From the NCBI GenBank assembly GCA_964572275.1, contig CAZNED010000004.1, positions 1-34,028 of the forward strand: a DNA stretch of 34,028 nt, in the 5' to 3' direction. Position 1 is the stretch's first letter, and each line of letters starts with the position of its first letter. The notes beneath the pieces were generated by a model. It saw nothing but the letters and a program-made list of their open reading frames with translations, was not told the DNA's origin and searched no databases. The translations under genes and the position numbers were made by a program. Source of the DNA: an uncultured Candidatus Saccharibacteria bacterium (lineage in GTDB: Bacteria; Patescibacteriota; Minisyncoccia; Minisyncoccales; UBA1441). This document shows positions 28,444 through 34,028 of the stretch, in pieces.

Positions 28444-29637
28444 ATGTTTTTAAACGGAAAAATAAAAATTTTAATCTTTCTATTTTCCCTGTTTTTGGTA
28501 TGCGGAGCATTATTATACGAAGTTATCGCCGAAGAGACTAGCGACTCAGTTAACGATAATACTTGCATTCATTTATTCGTCCAAGATGAATGTATGCCCT
28601 GCACGAGCTTATTGTCATTCATAGAAACAATATCTGATAAATATAATGTTGATTTACGAATATATAATATTTCCGGTAATATCGAAGCAACGGAAATGTA
28701 TCTTAACCTCAGCAAATATTATGATATTCCGCAGACTGGTTTACCTATTGTTTTTATTGGTGAAACATATTTCATAGGGGAAGAAAGAATCAGAGAGAAT
28801 TTAGAAGAAACTATAAGCCTATGCCAAGCTCAAGGGTGTCCCTGCCCAGTAAAACAGTTAGAGAAAGCAATCACTCAATTTCCCCAAAAAGACGATTTCA
28901 TTGCCCCTAAGGAATTGATGAAATTGAATCTCATGGGGAAGGAACTTACTGTTTCTACTGCTAGCTCACTTCCATGGTTAACCATAGTATTAGGCCTAAT
29001 TGACGGGATCAATCCTTGTACTTTTTCAGTTCTATTTTTCCTTTTGACATATTTATTAACTATCGGATCACGCCGTAAAGCAATTAAAATTGGAATAGTT
29101 TTTGTACTAACTACCTTTTTTATCTATCTGATTTTTATGCTTGGCATTTTGAATTTAATTTCTATCATCGGTGCCATCCATAAAATAAAAATTATTGTCG
29201 CTGTTATTGCCCTAATAGCCGGAATCATCATGTTAAAAGATTTCTTTTTTTATGGTCGCTGGATTTCTTTAGAAATCCCATCTTGGGCTAAACCGAATAT
29301 CAAAAAATTAATCCAAAAAGGTACTTTCCCCTCAGCCATTATTCTTGGGATTTTATCTTCATTAGTTGAGCTACCTTGCACTTCTGGAATACCTCTTGTT
29401 TTCACAACAATCTTAGCGCAACAACATATAGCCGAAATTCCCGCCTTTTTGTATTTGATTGTATACAATATTTTTTACGTCATTCCATTATTGATTGTCA
29501 TAGGTTTAGTTGCTTTTGTCTTATTAAAAATGGAAGAAGCTGAATCGTGGAGATTAAAATTTAGAAAATACATGAGGCTTGTTTCAGGTATTATTTTAAC
29601 TTTCTTGGGAATAGTTTTATTATTTGGATTTATGTGA
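28444..29637 (+). CDS. Thioredoxin/glutaredoxin-like domain fused to a CcdA/DsbD-type transmembrane domain
   Basis: Signal/TM anchor, CMPC, GLPIVFIG (cis-Pro loop), CxxxxCPC linker, TM domain with DGINPC and ELPC cysteines, about 6 TM helices. Confidence 0.8.
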   Translation: MFLNGKIKILIFLFSLFLVCGALLYEVIAEETSDSVNDNTCIHLFVQDECMPCTSLLSFIETISDKYNVDLRIYNISGNIEATEMYLNLSKYYDIPQTGLPIVFIGETYFIGEERIRENLEETISLCQAQGCPCPVKQLEKAITQFPQKDDFIAPKELMKLNLMGKELTVSTASSLPWLTIVLGLIDGINPCTFSVLFFLLTYLLTIGSRRKAIKIGIVFVLTTFFIYLIFMLGILNLISIIGAIHKIKIIVAVIALIAGIIMLKDFFFYGRWISLEIPSWAKPNIKKLIQKGTFPSAIILGILSSLVELPCTSGIPLVFTTILAQQHIAEIPAFLYLIVYNIFYVIPLLIVIGLVAFVLLKMEEAESWRLKFRKYMRLVSGIILTFLGIVLLFGFM

Positions 29638-29639
29638 TT

Positions 29640-30389
29640 ATGAGTTTTTTGGGTAAAATCTTATCTGGAAATACACTATACTACCCCGGCTGTTTAACAA
29701 AATTCGTAGGTAGTGATTTGGAAAGAAAAAATAAAAGAATATTACAAATAATCGGCCTTGATTTTATCATGTTGCCGGAGATTGAATTGTGTTGTGGCTC
29801 CCCTGTCTTGAAGGCAGGATATGTTGAAGATTTCAGACAAATAGCAGAGAAAAACCAAAAGATATTATCTGATCATGGTGTTGGGCAAATCGTCACTAAT
29901 TGCCCGGCCTGTTTTTTAACTTTCCATAAAGATTATCAGGAAATTTTAGGCAATCATTGGAAAATAAAGGTAAACCATACCAGTCAAGTATTTCATCGTG
30001 CCCTAATAGAAAAGCGCCTACCTTTATCAAAGAATTCCGGGAAAATAACCTATCATGATCCCTGTCATTTAGGGCGTCAAGCTGGCATTTATCGAGAGCC
30101 CCGCGAATTGATCAAGGCTTGTGGCTATGATTTGATAGAGATGAAATTAAACCAAAAAAATAGTTATTGCTGTGGCGGAGGAGGTGGAGTTCAGTCTAAT
30201 GAACAGCTTTTATCAAATAAAATCGCCCAAGAAAGGATCCGGCAAACACGAGAAGAAACTTCTGCCGATATTATCTGTACAGCTTGCCCTATGTGTTATT
30301 TGCATTTACGTAATAATTCTGATTCTCAAAAGGGACCTAAGGTTATCGAATTGACTGAATTATTAGAGAGCGCTATCAACCATGATTAA
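29640..30389 (+). CDS. CCG-domain Fe-S protein (LutA/GlcF/HdrB-D family)
   Basis: Two CCG domains: YYPGC...CCGSP...NCPAC and YHDPCHLGR...CCGGGGG...ACPMC; start ATG 29640 (GTG 29634 possible). Confidence 0.88.
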   Translation: MSFLGKILSGNTLYYPGCLTKFVGSDLERKNKRILQIIGLDFIMLPEIELCCGSPVLKAGYVEDFRQIAEKNQKILSDHGVGQIVTNCPACFLTFHKDYQEILGNHWKIKVNHTSQVFHRALIEKRLPLSKNSGKITYHDPCHLGRQAGIYREPRELIKACGYDLIEMKLNQKNSYCCGGGGGVQSNEQLLSNKIAQERIRQTREETSADIICTACPMCYLHLRNNSDSQKGPKVIELTELLESAINHD

Positions 30390-31647
30390 AGACAATGAAT
30401 TCATTGCCCCTAATGAACGTTTGCTTATGATACGTATTTTTAACGATTATATCCGAAAAAGAGAAAGGACTCTTCTTGATCAAGGACGAGACTATGAATC
30501 ATATCGGGAAAAACTTTATCAGATTAAAAAGAATTCTCTTGAGAACATATGGTCATTGTGTGAAAAATCTACAGCCAATCTAAAGAAAAATGGGATTAAT
30601 GTGTTTTGGGCTAAGGATGCCGAAGAAGCCAGAGTGATTATCATCCGCCTAACCAATGATAAAAAGAAAATTGTAAAAACAAAAAGTAATACATTTCATG
30701 AAATTGATCAGGAAGGATTTTTGGCAGATAAAGAATTGACAGAAACCGATTTGGGAGATTTTTTAAATAGTTTGAATCAATCATCAGGAATCCATCCAGT
30801 ATTACCAGCCCTAAATCTATCTATCCATGAAATTGTTAATATAATTGAGCGTAAATTCGGAGTTAAAGTTGAAGCTAACTCTCAAAGTATTGTTGATTAT
30901 ATTAAGCCTATTTTACGCAGAAAAATAATTGAAGCCGATGTTGCAATTACTGGAGCTAATGCTATTACTGCTGATGGCCAAATTATCTTATTGGAAAATG
31001 AAGGAAATATATCATTAGCCACCAGAATACCCAGCATGCATATTATCGTGTCTGGATTTGAAAAAATAGTTGATAGCTTATCCGAAGCGATGGAATTAAT
31101 CGAAGCTTCTGTAATCTGGAGTACGGGTCAAAAATTTCCAAGTTATGTTTCTATAATTTCCGGACCTTCAAAAACAGCTGATATAAATAATGAATTAATT
31201 ATCGGAGCTCAAGGAGCAAAAGACGTGAATTTAATACTTGTTGATAATGGTCGCAAAGAATTAATTTCAGCCGGACTAGGAGAATTACTCTACTGCCTGA
31301 ACTGTGGTGCCTGTTTAAATTCATGCCCCGTGTTTAGGGAAATAGGAAAATCTTATGGAGGTAAATATCTCGGAAGCAAAGGTGTTATCTTTACAGCTTT
31401 CTCAGAGAGCCTTCTAGGCGCTAAGAAAGCAAATTGTTTTTCTTGCACACTTTGTGGTGCCTGTTATGACAACTGCCCGGTCAAAATAGATCTTCCCAGC
31501 TTAATGAAAAAAGTAAGAGAGCATCTGGTTAATAACGATATGAACACTGATGTCAATAAGAAGATGATTGATAATATTCGTAAGTCCGGTAATCCCTTCG
31601 GAGAAATAAAAAAGGGCACTATGCCCGATGAGTTGTATTGTTGTTAA
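30382..31647 (+). CDS. LUD-domain protein with a 2x[4Fe-4S] ferredoxin domain (LutB-like)
   Basis: ETDLG, ITGAN, ENEGNI, ISGPSKTADI, CLNCGACLNSCP, CTLCGACYDNCP; ends in ELYCC. Confidence 0.87.
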   Translation: MIKDNEFIAPNERLLMIRIFNDYIRKRERTLLDQGRDYESYREKLYQIKKNSLENIWSLCEKSTANLKKNGINVFWAKDAEEARVIIIRLTNDKKKIVKTKSNTFHEIDQEGFLADKELTETDLGDFLNSLNQSSGIHPVLPALNLSIHEIVNIIERKFGVKVEANSQSIVDYIKPILRRKIIEADVAITGANAITADGQIILLENEGNISLATRIPSMHIIVSGFEKIVDSLSEAMELIEASVIWSTGQKFPSYVSIISGPSKTADINNELIIGAQGAKDVNLILVDNGRKELISAGLGELLYCLNCGACLNSCPVFREIGKSYGGKYLGSKGVIFTAFSESLLGAKKANCFSCTLCGACYDNCPVKIDLPSLMKKVREHLVNNDMNTDVNKKMIDNIRKSGNPFGEIKKGTMPDELYCC

Positions 31648-31652
31648 TAATT

Positions 31653-32078
31653 ATGACTATGAAAATATATTTCGCTGGTTCAATTCGTGGCGGAAGAGAC
31701 AATAAAGAATTATACTTTCAACTAATTCAGCACCTTGCTCAGTATGGTCAAATTTTGACAGAACATATTGGCAATAGAAATCTAACTGAATTCGGTGAAG
31801 ATGGTCCATCTGATGAATGGATATACAATCGCGATATGTCTTGGGTTCAAGAATCAGATGTAGTAATCGCAGAAATCTCTATACCATCGCTCGGTGTTGG
31901 ATATGAAGTTGGAAAAGCCGAAGATATGAATAAAAAGATACTGTGTTTATATAAAAATCAGCAAGATAAAAGTTTGTCTGCCATGATTAATGGGAATCCA
32001 AACATGAAAATTGCAAGATATGAAACTTTAGAGGATGCCGTAAGCCATATTGACAATTTCTTTCAATTATTGGAATAG
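31653..32078 (+). CDS. DNPH1/Rcl-like 2'-deoxynucleoside 5'-phosphate N-hydrolase (NDT superfamily)
   Basis: IYFAGSIRGGR, LTEH, IYNRD, PSLGVGYE, LSAMI; start ATG 31653 or 31659. Confidence 0.85.
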   Translation: MTMKIYFAGSIRGGRDNKELYFQLIQHLAQYGQILTEHIGNRNLTEFGEDGPSDEWIYNRDMSWVQESDVVIAEISIPSLGVGYEVGKAEDMNKKILCLYKNQQDKSLSAMINGNPNMKIARYETLEDAVSHIDNFFQLLE

Positions 32079-32311
32079 TAAACTAGTCTAAAATCTGAAA
32101 TTTTCTTTCGAAATGTTACACTAAAATTCAGCCTATCGAAGATCATAATAAGGATTATAAGATTTGGAATTATCGTACATTTCTTTACATAAATCGCTCT
32201 TTTTAATTGTAACTTCTCATAACCCTAACATCATATGAAATAATAATACATTCTTATTTCCATTGCTGCCGTAAATGAAATCAAAAAAATTCATTCTTTA
32301 GCTTAGACATT

Positions 32312-32875
32312 ATGGAAAATTTTGAGAAAGCCATTAGTGCTCTAGGGAAACAGCTTATTGATGCAGGTATTGATATTTCTTCTTGGGGCACTGGTCGGGC
32401 TAAAACTTTGGTACATCTCCAAAATGAAATTGAAAGTGGTGAGATTATTTTAGTTACTGGAAAAAATGGCGAACTATTAAGGAAAGTTGCAATTGGAGGT
32501 GCGGATATATATTATCAATCTCCTAATGGCAAAAAGTATCATTTAAAAGAAGATAGACAAGTTTTTAAAGATGGGCGGGAGAGACGAAGAAATTTAGAGC
32601 AAGCTGTTTCCGAAAAAATGAAGCTAGGCGAAGACCCGCGAATTGCTATAATTCGTGGAATACAAGAAGAGTTAGGTATTCGTGGCGAAATTAATTTGGT
32701 CGCAACTGGAACGGACAAACAAAAAATCACCTCGCCTAGCTATCCTGGTTTAGAATCGCAATATATCCTCCACAAATTCCGGGTAGTATTAACAGAAGAA
32801 CAGTTCAATTCCGAGGGGTATAGAGAAGATCAGTCTGACAAAAGCACGTATTTTGTCTGGAAGGAAGTGAAATAA
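32312..32875 (+). CDS. Nudix-like protein with a degenerate Nudix box
   Basis: SEKMKLGEDPRIAIIRGIQEELGI resembles GX5EX7REUXEEXGU; N-terminal WGTGRAKT and SPSYPGL motifs. Confidence 0.55.
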   Translation: MENFEKAISALGKQLIDAGIDISSWGTGRAKTLVHLQNEIESGEIILVTGKNGELLRKVAIGGADIYYQSPNGKKYHLKEDRQVFKDGRERRRNLEQAVSEKMKLGEDPRIAIIRGIQEELGIRGEINLVATGTDKQKITSPSYPGLESQYILHKFRVVLTEEQFNSEGYREDQSDKSTYFVWKEVK

Positions 32876-33060
32876 AGAACAAAATTTTTGTTTCCATATT
32901 CACTCCTTCATGCCGTAATCAAAAATATATTACTATATTATATAGCATTATATATTCTACACGGCTTTTATACTCTACTCATGTTTTGCTTCACTATGCT
33001 CTACAAAACACAAGATGTCCGCAAAATTACCCGGCTCCGATTGAGGCGATAAACTTAAAA

Positions 33061-33136
33061 TGGTGGACTCGGGGAGATTCGAACTCCCGACCTCCACATT
33101 GCAAATGTGGCGCTCTACCAACTAAGCTACGAGCCC
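33061..33136 (-). tRNA. tRNA-Ala(UGC), CCA encoded
   Basis: - strand GGGCTCG...CGAGTCCACCA with G3:U70 pair; anticodon arm CCACA-TTTGCAA-TGTGG; T loop TTCGAAT. Confidence 0.97.
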
Positions 33137-33146
33137 TTTTTTAGGG

Positions 33147-33218
33147 TGGGCGTGGCAGGAGTCGGACCTGCGACCTCTTCTTTATCAGAGAAGCGCTCTA
33201 CCACTGAGCCACACGCCC
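33147..33218 (-). tRNA. tRNA-Ile(GAU), CCA not encoded, variant T loop
   Basis: - strand GGGCGTG...CACGCCC-A; anticodon arm CTTCT-CTGATAA-AGAAG; T arm GCAGG-TCCGACT-CCTGC. Confidence 0.94.
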
Positions 33219-33230
33219 TCAAGCAGAATC

Positions 33231-33259
33231 ATTTTAACAGCAACTAAAAAATCCCGCAA
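33231..33259 (-). promoter_or_regulatory. Putative sigma70 promoter for tRNA-Ile/tRNA-Ala
   Basis: - strand TTGCGG (33259-33254), 17 bp, TGn-TAAAAT (33236-33231); tRNA-Ile begins after a 12-nt gap. Confidence 0.55.
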
Positions 33260-33271
33260 GTTGGCGGGATT
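33246..33271 (-). terminator. Intrinsic terminator downstream of the 16S rRNA
   Basis: - strand AATCCCGC-CAACTT-GCGGGATT followed by TTTT (six T in a row in total). Confidence 0.7.
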
Positions 33272-33336
33272 GAATAATTGATTGCTTAGAATCGCCTTGA
33301 GAACAGATTAAGAAAGGATTACTGTTATTGCCTTAA

Positions 33337-33365
33337 GATTGAAATCCAAATTTGCGATTTCAATC
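33337..33365. repeat. Perfect 10-bp inverted repeat in the 16S 3' trailer
   Basis: GATTGAAATC-N9-GATTTCAATC. Confidence 0.7.
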
Positions 33366-33383
33366 AGAGTCGACAAACTTGAA

Positions 33384-34028
33384 ATAAATATTGTTCCACG
33401 CGCAGATTCCCCTACGCGTACCTTGTTACGACTTAGTCCTGATCATTGGCCCTACCTTCGGCCCTCCTAATGGAGAGACTACGGGCATTACCAACTTTCC
33501 TGACTTGACGGGCAGTGAGTACAAAACCCAGGAACACATTCATCGCCACGTAGCTGATTGGCGATTACTAGCGATTCCGGCTTCATGGGGTCGAATTGCA
33601 GACCCCAATCCGAACTGAGGAATTGTTTAAGCGATTAGCTCCATCTTGCGATGTGGCAACGCATTGTTAATCCCATTGTATCATGTGTGCAGCCCAGGGC
33701 ATCAGAGGGCCATACTGATTTGGCGTCATCCCCGCCTTCCTCCTCGTTGTTCGAGGCAGTCTCCTATGGTACGTGAAACATAGGACAGGGGTTGCGTTCG
33801 TTATCCGACTTAACGGTACATTTCAAAACACGAACTGACGACAACCATGCAGCACCTGTGCTAGCGCTCCCGAAGGATAGACCCGACTTTCATCGGGCTT
33901 CACTAGCATATCAAGCCCTGGTAAGGTTCGTCGCTTGTTGTCGAATTAAGCCACATGATCCACCGCTTGTGTGGGTTCCCGTCTATTCCTTTGAGTTTTA
34001 GTCTTGCGACCGTACTCCCCAGGCGGAG
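33384..34028 (-). rRNA. rrs: 16S rRNA, 3' portion (about E. coli 880 to end), truncated by the window edge; no anti-SD
   Basis: Reverse complements of conserved blocks: CCTTGTTACGACTT (1492), GACGGGCAGTGAGTACA (1391 variant), GATTACTAGCGATTCC, ACGAACTGACGACAACCATGC, CCGTCTATTCCTTTGAGTTT (926 variant), CGTACTCCCCAGGCGG; 3' end placed by alignment to E. coli. Confidence 0.97.

Noticed and set aside
32079-32311. Possible small gene or pseudogene in the 233-bp gap
   Set aside because: I found only very short ORFs and no recognisable protein or RNA motif.
227-32730. Short overlapping or antisense ORFs in the track (e.g. 227-565, 2400-2657, 11539-12871, 21449-21712, 26105-26598, 29250-29468)
   Set aside because: All lie within well-supported genes and show no recognisable motifs; shadow ORFs.
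32257-32926. Loose direct repeat (TTTCCAT...TGCCGTAA...TCAAAAA) on both sides of the Nudix-like gene
   Set aside because: Only 7-8-bp blocks with unequal spacing in AT-rich DNA; too weak to call cassette boundaries.
33391-34001. ORFs 33391-33618 and 33792-34001
   Set aside because: They are antisense to the 16S rRNA and are typical spurious rRNA ORFs.

Overview
A low-GC, gene-dense core-genome segment that looks like a Patescibacteria/CPR (Parcubacteria-like) bacterium; the lineage is inferred from 16S signature changes, a short AspRS and gene content. From 1 to 15.7 kb all genes are on the + strand: lysS (partial), serS, alpha/beta hydrolase, membrane-anchored MurF-like ligase, DegT-type aminotransferase, rarA-xseA-xseB-PD-(D/E)XK nuclease, FemABX transferase, ftsQ-like, grpE-dnaK-dnaJ, tRNA-Lys, ctpA and rplI. 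From 15.7 to 28.4 kb they are almost all on the - strand: rpmA, xer, gltX, murG, ftsW, murD, murI, mraY, dac, aspS, a receiver domain, a TM_helix protein and tmk. A + strand accessory block follows (Trx/CcdA fusion, CCG Fe-S protein, LUD/ferredoxin protein, DNPH1-like hydrolase, Nudix-like protein), then tRNA-Ala, tRNA-Ile and the 3' part of a 16S rRNA on the - strand. Main signals: (1) a 28-bp near-symmetric dif-like site in the 5' UTR of the only Xer recombinase in the window, close to where gene orientation converges (candidate single-recombinase, self-regulated Xer/dif terminus module); (2) a 16S rRNA whose anti-Shine-Dalgarno is replaced by an AU-rich tail and whose P-site residues 966/967/1400 are changed, alongside SD-poor starts with a strong A at -3 and apparent leaderless promoters; (3) no 23S after 16S-tRNA-Ile-tRNA-Ala, with a terminator that doubles as a tRNA promoter; (4) a possible thiol/Fe-S transmembrane electron-transfer operon. 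All calls come from reading motifs by eye; no searches were run.
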